A stretch of DNA of 52,885 nucleotides from the IMG/VR virus record IMGVR_UViG_3300011114_000575, positions 1 to 52,885 of that record; one strand, given 5' to 3'. Source of the stretch: a virus. Lineage: Duplodnaviria; Caudoviricetes. This document shows positions 9,049-17,828 of the stretch, in pieces. The notes below the pieces were generated by a model. That model saw only the letters and a program-made list of their open reading frames with translations, made no database searches and was not told the origin of the DNA. Each line of letters begins with the position of its first letter. Within the stretch, counting starts at the first letter, position 1. A program made the translations under genes and the position numbers.

Positions 9049-10737
9049 CTAGACCTCATAAATTGACGATGCGACCGGCGACTGGTGGCGCATGGATTCT
9101 TGCATCTCGGCTTGCCACTCAGGCTCACGGACAAGCAGGCCACGGTCGCGGAAGTGCTTTACAGCCATAGAGACTGTATCCACAATATCGTCATTTTTGC
9201 CCTTGGGGAACACAGATACTTGCTGGATCACCATGTCGGCAAATGCGCGGTCAGGTGCGTAGATAATACCCTCTGCGAAGAGATGCTGTATGCTGTATAG
9301 GCGAGCGAGCTTGTCTAGTGTTTTGGGGTCATACATTTGCACACCCCAATCTTCGTGACTGTATAGGCGGCGAATCTCTTGCGCGACGCTATGGCCGGCG
9401 GCCTTGTTCTCGATCAGGAGCAGATCGACTTTAAGGCGGCGGCAGGTTTTGGCCACCTTTTCGACGAGGTCGTGTAGCTCCAGACGCTCCTGCCAGCCGT
9501 CCATAAGCATGAGCCTGGGCTGGTCGCCACGCGGCCCCTGAGGGCCTTTGTGCAGCACCTGGGCGGCTTGATCAAACATATTCATGGCGTCCTGCGTGTC
9601 GCGCCTCTGGCCGCCTCGTGTGGCGTAGGCGTCGATGCGCTGCGCCTGGGCGCCGCTGAACAGCCCCCAGACGGTCAGGGCGCTGAAGTCGTTCTCGGCC
9701 TTGATCGTGTAGGCGGTATCGAGCGAGGCGACGACATACTCCATAGGCGGGAACACGTTGGCCTCGTAGAGGCGCCACCACTCCCGTTTGATAACGCCAC
9801 CGCCACGCGGCGTAGGCTCCTGCTGGAACTGGCCGGCTGTCGCGTATGGCCCCATGACGCGCTTGTCGCGGGCGACCACCTCAGCCGGGAAACGCTCAGG
9901 GAACAGCAACTCGCCGGCTTCCGTGCGAGGGTCTATGAACCCCAGCTTGGTCGGGAACGAACGCGCCGGGTCGAATTCCATCGGCAGCATGAGGTGATCG
10001 TATCCAAGCTGCTTATCCAGGATGATGCCGCTCACGTCCTCCTCATGGAGGCGCTGCATGATGATGACAATTGAAGATCGAATGGGATCATTCAAACGTG
10101 TTGGAATAGCTTCAAGAAATGTAGTGACTTCCGTCTGTCGCTGCGTTTCGGAAGCTGCTGAATCCACAGAATGTGGATCATCAATGATAACCCTGTCGCC
10201 CCTGATACCTGTCAAGCTAGTGATCGCAGTGGCAATACGAAAGCCACCAACGCTATTGACAAAATTCAGCTTCTCATTCTGATCCTTGGCCAGCTTGACG
10301 TTGTCGCCCCATCGGGCCTGATACCATTCAGACGTGATCAACTGCCGCATACGCCTGCTATCGCGAGCCGACAGATTCTCGACCTTGTGCGCCGCACAAA
10401 CATATCGCAAGTGCGGCAGGTTGCACGGCCCCCACTCCCACGCGGGCCAAAACACATTGGTAATAAGAGACTTCATTGTCCCTGGCGGAACATTTACAAG
10501 AAGACGATTGTATGGCGTTCCGTCGTCTAACTCGTGGCCATCAGTAATCGCCTCAAGATGCTCGCAAATGGCGTCAATATGCCAACCATGCGTATATGGC
10601 TGCCCTGGCTCAACTATCGCCCACGCCATACGAATAAAAGCAACAAGGCTTTCTGCGGCCTCCGCCTTATCTAAGTCGATTAGAACCTTGTCAGCGTCAA
10701 GAACAAGATTGCCAACACGAACAAGCGTATTGCTCAC
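9049..10737 (-). CDS. terL: Terminase large subunit
   Basis: Walker A variant VPPGTMKS, Walker B RVIIDDPH, IMQRLH coupling motif, RNase H-like nuclease (SLDTA, IENKAAG, NDDIVD). Confidence 0.95.
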   Translation of the reverse strand: MSNTLVRVGNLVLDADKVLIDLDKAEAAESLVAFIRMAWAIVEPGQPYTHGWHIDAICEHLEAITDGHELDDGTPYNRLLVNVPPGTMKSLITNVFWPAWEWGPCNLPHLRYVCAAHKVENLSARDSRRMRQLITSEWYQARWGDNVKLAKDQNEKLNFVNSVGGFRIATAITSLTGIRGDRVIIDDPHSVDSAASETQRQTEVTTFLEAIPTRLNDPIRSSIVIIMQRLHEEDVSGIILDKQLGYDHLMLPMEFDPARSFPTKLGFIDPRTEAGELLFPERFPAEVVARDKRVMGPYATAGQFQQEPTPRGGGVIKREWWRLYEANVFPPMEYVVASLDTAYTIKAENDFSALTVWGLFSGAQAQRIDAYATRGGQRRDTQDAMNMFDQAAQVLHKGPQGPRGDQPRLMLMDGWQERLELHDLVEKVAKTCRRLKVDLLLIENKAAGHSVAQEIRRLYSHEDWGVQMYDPKTLDKLARLYSIQHLFAEGIIYAPDRAFADMVIQQVSVFPKGKNDDIVDTVSMAVKHFRDRGLLVREPEWQAEMQESMRHQSPVASSIYEV

Positions 10738-11201
10738 TTCTTGGCCTTAGCCGCTACCATCACAGCACGCAATGCGTCGCGCTGCTCAGGCGAAAGGTCG
10801 CCAACATCAATCGTCGTCGCTTCCACCCTAATAGGCCCACCATCAGGACCAGACAGTTCCTGCTTTTGAGAATCAATCCAACCAGATGCAGAGCGACTAC
10901 GATTACGCAAACCCAAACTAATAATCTGAGAGTTTCCAGGTGAACCATTAGCAGTGTTCATTGCCCTTTCTTCCCACCACGCAAGAGCCTTGATGCGCCC
11001 TTCGTGAATAGCTTGCGAAAACTCAAGGTGCTTTGCCTGCCAATCGTAGATACACCTATGTGGGATATCTAATTTAGCAGACGCAGCTTCAAGAGAATAA
11101 CCTTGAGCCATAATCTCGATGATCTTATCGCAATACTCTGGCTTGTAATTAGTGGGGCGACCCATCTTGCGCTTAACTTCGCCTTCCTTATCTACTGCCA
11201 T
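10734..11201 (-). CDS. terS: Terminase small subunit
   Basis: GRPTNYKPEYCDKII N-terminus with HTH, ELSGPDGGPI motif; overlaps terL start. Confidence 0.88.
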   Translation of the reverse strand: MAVDKEGEVKRKMGRPTNYKPEYCDKIIEIMAQGYSLEAASAKLDIPHRCIYDWQAKHLEFSQAIHEGRIKALAWWEERAMNTANGSPGNSQIISLGLRNRSRSASGWIDSQKQELSGPDGGPIRVEATTIDVGDLSPEQRDALRAVMVAAKAKK

Positions 11202-11214
11202 AATTTGCTCACAT

Positions 11215-11250
11215 AAAAAAGGGCACCAGACGACAATTCGTCGGGCGCCC
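11215..11250 (-). terminator. Rho-independent terminator
   Basis: GGGCGCCCGACGA-ATTG-TCGTCTGGTGCCC followed by TTTTTT on the minus strand. Confidence 0.75.
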
Positions 11251-12027
11251 TCAATATGCCCACGGATTCAAATCAAATCAACAGATTTGTGTTTTTTTCA
11301 AAGCTTTCTTCAACCGCTTTCTCGATTCGCTCTTGGGCGATGGCAAAATACTTTTCGTCGCGCTCAATACCGATGAACTTACGGCCAAGGTTTACGGCGG
11401 CGACGCCGGTTGTGCCGCTGCCCACAAAGCAATCAAGGATCACCCCGTTAGAACCATCGTCTACTGCGTTGATAAGAGACTCCATCAGCCCTGTGGGTTT
11501 GCATGTGGGGTGGCCGTGGTCTTCCGAAGGGCTTGGGCGCCGCGTTTCATAAACGCTCTTGGGGCGTCCATTCTTGAAGATACGCCTGCCTTTTGCGGCA
11601 TACCAGATAACGTCGTGCATTGGCGCAAACGCCCCGCGAAGATCGCCCATGCCGTGATGGAGTCGGTTCCAGATCACTTGCGACTTCATATCAAACCCGC
11701 AGTCCTCGATATGCTTGCGCCAATCACAACTTGTTTTCCAGTCGCAAAACGAGAGAAGCGCCCCCCCCGTCTTTAGAACACGGAACGCCTCCACCAACCA
11801 CCGTGCGTCTATGGTGTCGTCTCCGTGGATTTTTTCGTGTCTCGGTCCCTTCTTGGACCAATTTGACTGAAAGCCCATTCCGTAGGGAGGGTCTGTGATG
11901 ACTGCATCCACCGACCCATCCGCAATCTCCTTCATCCGCTCAAGGCAATCGCCCTGCATCAGATAAAAGCAATCACTTTTTACATCGTTCATCTTAAACC
12001 ATTTTAATTGTCGGGCGCCCTCAATAT
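11240..12027. repeat. 18-bp direct repeats GTCGGGCGCCCTCAATAT flanking the MTase gene
   Basis: Identical copies at 11240-11257 and 12010-12027. Confidence 0.85.
11273..11992 (-). CDS. Beta-class N6-adenine/N4-cytosine DNA methyltransferase
   Basis: Motif IV TDPPY precedes HPTCKP and motif I LDCFVGSGTT; start at ATG 11992 chosen (the ORF extends to 12046). Confidence 0.92.
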   Translation of the reverse strand: MNDVKSDCFYLMQGDCLERMKEIADGSVDAVITDPPYGMGFQSNWSKKGPRHEKIHGDDTIDARWLVEAFRVLKTGGALLSFCDWKTSCDWRKHIEDCGFDMKSQVIWNRLHHGMGDLRGAFAPMHDVIWYAAKGRRIFKNGRPKSVYETRRPSPSEDHGHPTCKPTGLMESLINAVDDGSNGVILDCFVGSGTTGVAAVNLGRKFIGIERDEKYFAIAQERIEKAVEESFEKNTNLLI

Positions 12028-12046
12028 AGACACGAAAAGCGATCAA

Positions 12047-12325
12047 TCAATCGTTTTCTTCATCATGACCATTTTCCATGACCACCTCGCAGACGACGCT
12101 GTAAGTCTCAATCGAGCATTTTAGAATTTTGACGCGCTCCATGTGCGCTGAGTAGCCGGCGCGGAAGCCAATGGCATACACGCCCTTCTCGTATCCATCT
12201 CCGCCTTGGCGGTGCCGGAGGCTACCGGCAGACCCACGGAAGGTGGCTCCGATAACCGTCTCCTCACGGGCTGCCGCGAGGCCATGTTGGAAACCCACCT
12301 TGAGGGCAACGACGTCGCTTTTCAT
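12047..12325 (-). CDS. Hypothetical protein
   Basis: 92-aa ORF in a co-oriented string. Confidence 0.55.
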   Translation of the reverse strand: MKSDVVALKVGFQHGLAAAREETVIGATFRGSAGSLRHRQGGDGYEKGVYAIGFRAGYSAHMERVKILKCSIETYSVVCEVVMENGHDEEND

Positions 12326-12327
12326 GA

Positions 12328-12528
12328 TTACAGGACCATTTCAAAAGTTGCAGAGGGAGTAGCTACGGCCTCCTGGCGCAAAGCGCGCAGGGCAGCGATA
12401 TCGTCGCGGAGCCACGTCCGCAGGATGGCACGCCACGCGATGTCGCGTTCGCTGATCCAGTCAGCGACTTGGGTGGCCAGATCGGCTTCGGCCTGGGCGA
12501 GGATGGTCAGGATGGACTTCTGGGCCAT
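12328..12528 (-). CDS. Hypothetical protein
   Basis: ATG at 12528 with GGAG RBS, directly after the upstream stop; 66 aa. Confidence 0.55.
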   Translation of the reverse strand: MAQKSILTILAQAEADLATQVADWISERDIAWRAILRTWLRDDIAALRALRQEAVATPSATFEMVL

Positions 12529-12529
12529 G

Positions 12530-12913
12530 TCAGGCGCTCCGCACGAGGGCGCGAGGAGCGGAAGCCGCGGCAAGCGCAGCCTCAACCTCCTGGAGCTTGC
12601 GGAGGGCTTTGGCACGGGCGCGGGTGGCGTCACCGAGGCGACGCTTGCCACCGGCCAGGGTCATCCATGCGAGGGGAGAGGTATCGCGACGGGCGCGGTT
12701 GCACTGGCGCAAACCGTCCGCCACCTGCCGGCAGGCATTGACGTAAGACAGGTGGGCGAGGCGAACGAACTCCACGAGATCGGAGAGCGCATAGACCGGC
12801 GCCACATGCAGCGGCTGCCCGATCATGGCGGCCACATCGGCCAGGATGACATCAGTCAGGTGGCCATCAGTGAAACGCTCAGCGGCAGCGAGAACAGCGA
12901 GGTTACGGATCAT
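12530..12913 (-). CDS. Hypothetical protein
   Basis: 127 aa with strong AGGAGA RBS, downstream of a promoter. Confidence 0.7.
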   Translation of the reverse strand: MIRNLAVLAAAERFTDGHLTDVILADVAAMIGQPLHVAPVYALSDLVEFVRLAHLSYVNACRQVADGLRQCNRARRDTSPLAWMTLAGGKRRLGDATRARAKALRKLQEVEAALAAASAPRALVRSA

Positions 12914-12956
12914 GTCGTCGTCTCCTATCTAATCGGGCTGCGTTGCCCGTGGCACC

Positions 12957-12985
12957 TACATACAGCTACCTAATTTTAGGCGCAA
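12957..12985 (-). promoter_or_regulatory. Putative early promoter TTGCGC-N17-TATGTA
   Basis: Shares GCTGTATGTAGGTGYCACGGG with the promoter at 20715-20753. Confidence 0.6.
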
Positions 12986-13051
12986 TACGATAAATCTCAT
13001 TTCCCAAAAAAAAATGCGTTTTTGCCCACGACAAGGGCGCCACGCTAGACC

Positions 13052-13157
13052 CACGCTAGGCCCACGAAACCTCCCACGAAATTATATTTTCGTGGGGGAT
13101 TAAACACGCTAGGCCCACGAAACCTTCCACGAAATTATATTTTCGTGGGGGATTAAA
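13052..13157. repeat. Tandem 53-bp repeat x2, each with a CCACGAAA-N-TTTCGTGG palindrome
   Basis: 13052-13104 and 13105-13157, one mismatch; extra CCACG half-sites at 13026-13050; non-coding. Confidence 0.9.
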
Positions 13158-13189
13158 TGCGCCGAGTGACCCTCACCACCCGGCGCATT
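13156..13189 (-). terminator. Hairpin after the gapR-like gene
   Basis: AATGCGCCGGGTG/CACTCGGCGCATT stem. Confidence 0.5.
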
Positions 13190-13199
13190 CCTGTGTGAG

Positions 13200-13493
13200 C
13201 TACACGCGCTCCATGGCGGCCTCCCCCAGAGGGGTATTGGCAAACTCGCCGAGGGCACGACGATACACCTCAACCAAACTCACACGCGCTTGGCGCTTGG
13301 TCTGGTCCTCCGCCCGTTCGCGGATCAGAGCGCGCAGCGCAGTCCCATCGAAGCCAGCCGACTTGGCCTCTGAGAAAATATCCTTCTGATCTTCCTTAAG
13401 GGATTTAATCTCATCGTTGATACGCTCAACACGCTCTACGATGGATCGCAGATGCGCATGCGCATTGTCGCCATGGTTTTTGATATCCGACAT
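13200..13493 (-). CDS. gapR: GapR / DUF2312 nucleoid-associated DNA-binding protein
   Basis: LRSIVERVERINDEIKSLKEDQKDIFSEAKSAGFD..ALRALIRER matches the DUF2312 signature. Confidence 0.88.
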   Translation of the reverse strand: MSDIKNHGDNAHAHLRSIVERVERINDEIKSLKEDQKDIFSEAKSAGFDGTALRALIRERAEDQTKRQARVSLVEVYRRALGEFANTPLGEAAMERV

Positions 13494-13557
13494 GTCTCAT
13501 CTCCTGCATCTGATTGCCCCAAACCTTAGATGCGTCGGGCCTGGGTATCTGACACCC

Positions 13558-13658
13558 CCTTTAGAGGCCTCTGGGAGGCCCGTAGAAGGCGGTAAGGGGA
13601 GGCTTAGGTAAAGGGACAGCCAAAAACCCCTACACCGGCCTCTACGGGCCTCTAAAGG
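13558..13658. repeat. Overlapping inverted repeats
   Basis: 13575-13586 pairs with 13641-13652, and 13558-13569 pairs with 13647-13658 (both perfect 12 bp). Confidence 0.8.
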
Positions 13659-13667
13659 CCCCAAACC

Positions 13668-14285
13668 TCAGAACGGGATTTCGTCGTCAATCAGGCCCTG
13701 CCACTTGATCCCTTCAACAGGATCATCGAGGCGCCGGGTCGAAGTCACCCTGGCGCCTGGGAAGGCCGCCAATACGTCGACTGCCGCCTGATAATGCTCC
13801 AGCAAGGCCACAATCTCAACAAGCGAAACAACAACTTTAGCCCTGCCATCATTTTTGACCCTAGATGCGTCAATATGGGTTTGGACGACACACAAAACCT
13901 TGCCATCGCCTTGGTGTATTTCAAGCATTTTGGGGTCCAACATATCCGCCCCACTCTCTGTTGCCGCCTTATCAAGCGCACGATACGCATTTACCGTGCG
14001 TTGCGATTCAAGTTGAATTTGCGCACTATCTGCCTTCTCAATCGCCTCATTCAGCTTCCAGCGTTGAGTATCAAATCTAGCCTGCAAGTCTGGGCCTACA
14101 AGCAGTCTCAGCCTATCCACGCCCCATTTTTTATCCATCTCATGCGCCAGTATGTCAACTGCCTGAATGCAAGCATGACCATGAAAGTAGCTGTCTGGTG
14201 TTTTGGCCCACGGCCCTCGTTTGGTCTGCTCTGAAACGGGCAGGGTTACCTTCTGCCTGCCTTGGGTCTGGGGTGCTCGGGTCAT
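13668..14285 (-). CDS. Hypothetical replication-module protein
   Basis: 205 aa with AGGAGG RBS; ends in DDEIPF, an SSB-like C-terminal tip. Confidence 0.75.
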   Translation of the reverse strand: MTRAPQTQGRQKVTLPVSEQTKRGPWAKTPDSYFHGHACIQAVDILAHEMDKKWGVDRLRLLVGPDLQARFDTQRWKLNEAIEKADSAQIQLESQRTVNAYRALDKAATESGADMLDPKMLEIHQGDGKVLCVVQTHIDASRVKNDGRAKVVVSLVEIVALLEHYQAAVDVLAAFPGARVTSTRRLDDPVEGIKWQGLIDDEIPF

Positions 14286-14325
14286 GCTCGGGTTCCTCCT
14301 ACTCGATTTTGGCGCTCGGGACTGT

Positions 14326-14426
14326 TGCGCGAGTCATAGGCCCCCCCCTAAAGGGGGGGCCTTATATGAACCCGCGCAGTCCCTCCAGTCCTGTCTGCGC
14401 GAGTCTGCGCGAGTCTTGCGCGAGTT
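14326..14426. other. Candidate replication origin: four TGCGCGAGTY iterons plus a C-run/G-run hairpin
   Basis: Repeats at 14326, 14396, 14406 and 14417; GGCCCCCCCC-TAAA-GGGGGGGCC at 14339-14361; non-coding, just downstream of the primase-helicase. Confidence 0.55.
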
Positions 14427-14471
14427 CAAAATACAACCCGCGCTGTAACGAATTTCCCCTTGGCAGGCACC

Positions 14472-16760
14472 TCAGTAGAGGCCTGAGAGGGTCTTGCCGG
14501 CTTCGGCATACGTGACTTTGTGGCGGCGCTCATCGAGGCCCTCAACACAAACAATTGCACCTTGCTCTATCCAAACCTTGATAATCTGATCGACTTTAGC
14601 GACGGCAACCTTATCAACTCCACCATTTAAGTCAATGCCAACGACGGTCGAAACATAATTCCCCAGCCAATTTTTAGACCTCTTATCCATACGAAGGTTC
14701 GACGTATGCGGAGTGCCGTCTGGGTTTCGTGCCTGATTGGCGAGGTGTCGCAAAACAACCGAAACATGATCCCCGGTCACTCCATCCATGGCATTTGGCC
14801 ATTCCCATTTGGTGACTACGCCAACGCTGTCGCCAAATTCTCCGTCTACTCCATTCTCCAAATACACGGATTCCATCTTATACCAATCCGCCTTATCAGA
14901 CGGTAAAGCAAGATTATTCTTGCCATTATTAACCCTGAAATACCTATATCGAGTGTCAACGCCAGCCTTCTCTTGCTCACTCTCAGACATGCGATTCAGC
15001 ACCCAAGCGGTGCGAACGGCATCACGAAGTGCAATAGCGCCGCGTCCATCTTCGACTGAAATCTCGGTCTCTGACGTCTTCCTGGCGTGATGCACGAGGT
15101 TGATGGCGCATCCCGTCTCGGCTGCGATGCGGACAAAAGTCTTAGCCACACGGTCGATAGCGTTGTTATCGTTCTCGGTCACACGGTGGCTGGAGACGAA
15201 GGGGTCGACCACCCAGTAGTCAATCTGGTTATCTTTGATCGCCTGCACGCAGGCTTCCACGACAGGCGCATATACGACTGTGCCGTCCCGTGTCTGCTCT
15301 GCGATGGTGATAAGGGCATCGCGCCCATTGTTCACGAATAGGTATCCGTCGAGGTCTGATTTTTTCAGACCGTAAAATTTGGCAGCGGACTGAATGCGGC
15401 GCTGCAATTCTTCCATCGGGTCTTCGCCGTTATAGAGCCACACGCGCAGCCTGCCGGGCGGCTGGATACCGAGGAGGGGTTTGCCTGACGCCATGGCCAG
15501 GGCTTCCGCGATCATCAGTGCCGACTTGCCCAGGCCACCCGGCGCGATTGTCATGGACAGCATCGTGCGCAGATATTTGTAACCGTAGAGCCACTTGCGG
15601 GGCGTGATTTTCGTGGGGTCGATCCACTCGTATCTGGGGGCATAGACCATGCCTTCCGGCGCCGGCTTGGCGCCTGCATCCCACTCATCAGTCACGCCGG
15701 CCGATAGCGTAGAGCTTGAAGGCGCCGTCAGGGGCCTGGATGCCGGCTTCACCAGAGGGTCGGTCGCCGATGAGTATGATACCGCGTTCGACTGTGGCTT
15801 CTGGCGCTCTGGCGGCGCGATGAGGGCGTGTCTGGCGACTTTATGGTCCCACTGCTCCATCGCTGCACGCCACTTGGCCTGTAGCATGGTGATGCCACGC
15901 CCCTCGCGCTCCAGCAGGGTTTCCTGCGGCGTGCCGGGCTCGACGATGCGCGACTTCACCCGCAGCAGGTAGGTGCCCCAGGCGGCCATGAGATCGGCGT
16001 CACCGACTGGCTTGATCGGGCAGTCCCGGTAGAGGTTGACGACGGACGCCCAGACGATCCGGGTCATCACGTCCTCGCGGTTGTCGACTATGACGCCAAA
16101 GGCGTCTTTAGCCGCGTCGGGCGTGCCGGTGCGCTCAACTTGGGCTGTGTGCGTCCCGCCCCCATGCGTCTGGATAAGGTCGTCAATGGCCTCCGTCAGC
16201 CATCCAGGCGCCTCCTGCACGTCCACTGTGCCCGGCGCCCGTCCTGGCGCCCAGGCGTAGCTGTTGCCACTCTCGTGGGCGCTGGGCGGCAGCATGGCGA
16301 AGCCACCCTGCCCCCGGATGTCGATCCCTTTTGCTGTCTTGTTGGTGGGCGGCGTCCATCCTTCCGGCGCGCGGAAGAACAACTGCACGCCACCCCCGCC
16401 CGTGATCTGCTTAGGCGTAGCCGGCTCGATCCCGTGGCAGTAGGTGGACAACATCTCCGACCACCACTCGCGGGCCGAGTCCGACTTATAGAGATCGAGG
16501 TCGATGACGAAGACGCCACCGGAGCAGGCGCCGGTAAGGAGGCCCATATTGGTCCGGTCCCGCCACTGGCCGTGCGGTCCATACAGGCCGTCGAAGGCTT
16601 CGGCATCGACAAGCGTGTCTTGCAGGTTGCGCCAGGGGATGGCAGGCCGCTTCCACTGCTTGCCCGGCTCAGGTCGCAGCGCGGGCACAACCTGCCATCC
16701 GGCGGCACGATACAGACGCGCGTAGTCACTAGGGCCGAAAAAATCAAAATCAACAGCCAT
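14472..16760 (-). CDS. Bifunctional Prim-Pol primase fused to an AAA_25/RepA-like helicase
   Basis: N-terminal NMGLLTG...VIDLD, TGGGGVQLFF and IDIRGQGG..MLPPS; C-terminal Walker A APGGLGKS, VVDP and LVHHARK. Confidence 0.92.
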   Translation of the reverse strand: MAVDFDFFGPSDYARLYRAAGWQVVPALRPEPGKQWKRPAIPWRNLQDTLVDAEAFDGLYGPHGQWRDRTNMGLLTGACSGGVFVIDLDLYKSDSAREWWSEMLSTYCHGIEPATPKQITGGGGVQLFFRAPEGWTPPTNKTAKGIDIRGQGGFAMLPPSAHESGNSYAWAPGRAPGTVDVQEAPGWLTEAIDDLIQTHGGGTHTAQVERTGTPDAAKDAFGVIVDNREDVMTRIVWASVVNLYRDCPIKPVGDADLMAAWGTYLLRVKSRIVEPGTPQETLLEREGRGITMLQAKWRAAMEQWDHKVARHALIAPPERQKPQSNAVSYSSATDPLVKPASRPLTAPSSSTLSAGVTDEWDAGAKPAPEGMVYAPRYEWIDPTKITPRKWLYGYKYLRTMLSMTIAPGGLGKSALMIAEALAMASGKPLLGIQPPGRLRVWLYNGEDPMEELQRRIQSAAKFYGLKKSDLDGYLFVNNGRDALITIAEQTRDGTVVYAPVVEACVQAIKDNQIDYWVVDPFVSSHRVTENDNNAIDRVAKTFVRIAAETGCAINLVHHARKTSETEISVEDGRGAIALRDAVRTAWVLNRMSESEQEKAGVDTRYRYFRVNNGKNNLALPSDKADWYKMESVYLENGVDGEFGDSVGVVTKWEWPNAMDGVTGDHVSVVLRHLANQARNPDGTPHTSNLRMDKRSKNWLGNYVSTVVGIDLNGGVDKVAVAKVDQIIKVWIEQGAIVCVEGLDERRHKVTYAEAGKTLSGLY

Positions 16761-16953
16761 TTATTTTCTTCCCGCGCTGGCATCCACATGAGCGCGTAGC
16801 CCCTCTGCGCAATGTGTTTGCTCTTACTGTTGTGGTCTTGCCGCAGTCGCACTGGCAAAACCAGTGGGCTTCTGTTCGCAAGTCGGTGGACTTAACTTGG
16901 CGAACAGCCACGAGCAGGCCAAATCGCCTGCCCGTCTCATCCTTCAATCTCAT
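16750..16953 (-). CDS. Small Zn-ribbon protein resembling the N-terminal domain of AP2/HNH endonucleases
   Basis: DETGRRFGLL...WFCQCDCGK...TRSCGC; no nuclease domain follows. Confidence 0.65.
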   Translation of the reverse strand: MRLKDETGRRFGLLVAVRQVKSTDLRTEAHWFCQCDCGKTTTVRANTLRRGATRSCGCQRGKKINGC

Positions 16954-16970
16954 TTTATACCTTTGTTATA

Positions 16971-17513
16971 TTAGGCGGGTGAGCCGCTTCGATCCAATAC
17001 GGTCGCGCCATACCACGCCATGAGGGCGGCGTCGGCACGTCCATCGTGCTTCTTCAGCTTGAAGAGGCTGGCGTAGGCGGGGAACAGCTCCATCGCCCTG
17101 GCACGGGCGCCGTCCTTGCCGTCGCGCACCTGACAGGCTGATTGCCAAAGCTTGGGAGGGACGATAGTGACGGGGTAGCAGTAGGCTGCCAGGACGCCTT
17201 CGACAATGCCGACTGACCGGCCGAAACTGAACATGGACGTGACGCCCTGGCCGGGCATGGCGCCGACCCGCTCCATGATGACCTTCGGGATGGGCTGGAG
17301 GTGCTGGAAATCCGATAACTGATTGGCCAGCATGATCGGCGACAGTTCGTGCTTGGTTTTGCCGTTGCGCGTGACTTCCAGGGTCGGCATGTCGAAGATG
17401 TCGAGACGTCCCACGCGCGGCCGGAAGACGGCGATGGCGCCAGACTTTCCAGGGTCGATACCGATAAAAGCTTGATTTGATGCAGCAATTTGGCCGTTCA
17501 CGGCTATCCTCAT
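16971..17513 (-). CDS. RuvC-like Holliday junction resolvase
   Basis: IGIDPGKSGA, MERVGAMPGQGVTSMFSFG and DGRADA acidic motifs. Confidence 0.88.
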   Translation of the reverse strand: MRIAVNGQIAASNQAFIGIDPGKSGAIAVFRPRVGRLDIFDMPTLEVTRNGKTKHELSPIMLANQLSDFQHLQPIPKVIMERVGAMPGQGVTSMFSFGRSVGIVEGVLAAYCYPVTIVPPKLWQSACQVRDGKDGARARAMELFPAYASLFKLKKHDGRADAALMAWYGATVLDRSGSPA

Positions 17514-17554
17514 CTTTTAGGGGCTTTGAAGGTGCGCTTCGGCGATGGGGCGTG

Positions 17555-17776
17555 TCAACCGCCGCTCGCCTGCTTCCGCATGTCGTGCGCGAAGCGTTTC
17601 CGAATGAAGTTCAGGGCCAGGAGCGCCCGGTGGCAGACGGTGCGATGCGCGACGACTTGCCGGTAGGTGCCGGGTGCGATCTGGTGGGTCTCCTCCAGAG
17701 TGCGAACCTTCGCGAGATGGTCAGGTGAGTAGCCCATCCAAACGGGGCCACAAAATTGTTCGGTGAAGTCTGGCAT
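17555..17776 (-). CDS. Hypothetical protein
   Basis: ATG at 17776 with GGAGG RBS; 73 aa. Confidence 0.55.
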   Translation of the reverse strand: MPDFTEQFCGPVWMGYSPDHLAKVRTLEETHQIAPGTYRQVVAHRTVCHRALLALNFIRKRFAHDMRKQASGG

Positions 17777-17828
17777 GCGAACCTCCATACATATTTCTGC
17801 GAAGTTGCTATATTGCAGGAATATCTTT

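Noticed and set aside
9520-9655. Insertion of about 45 aa in the terL nuclease domain as a possible intein or intron
   Set aside because: Too short, lacks the C/S...HN splice residues, and the frame is continuous; treated as a variable loop.
13052-13157. Possible CRISPR mini-array
   Set aside because: The units abut with no unique spacers, there are only two copies, and no cas operon is present; the PD-(D/E)XK nuclease sits in a recombination context.
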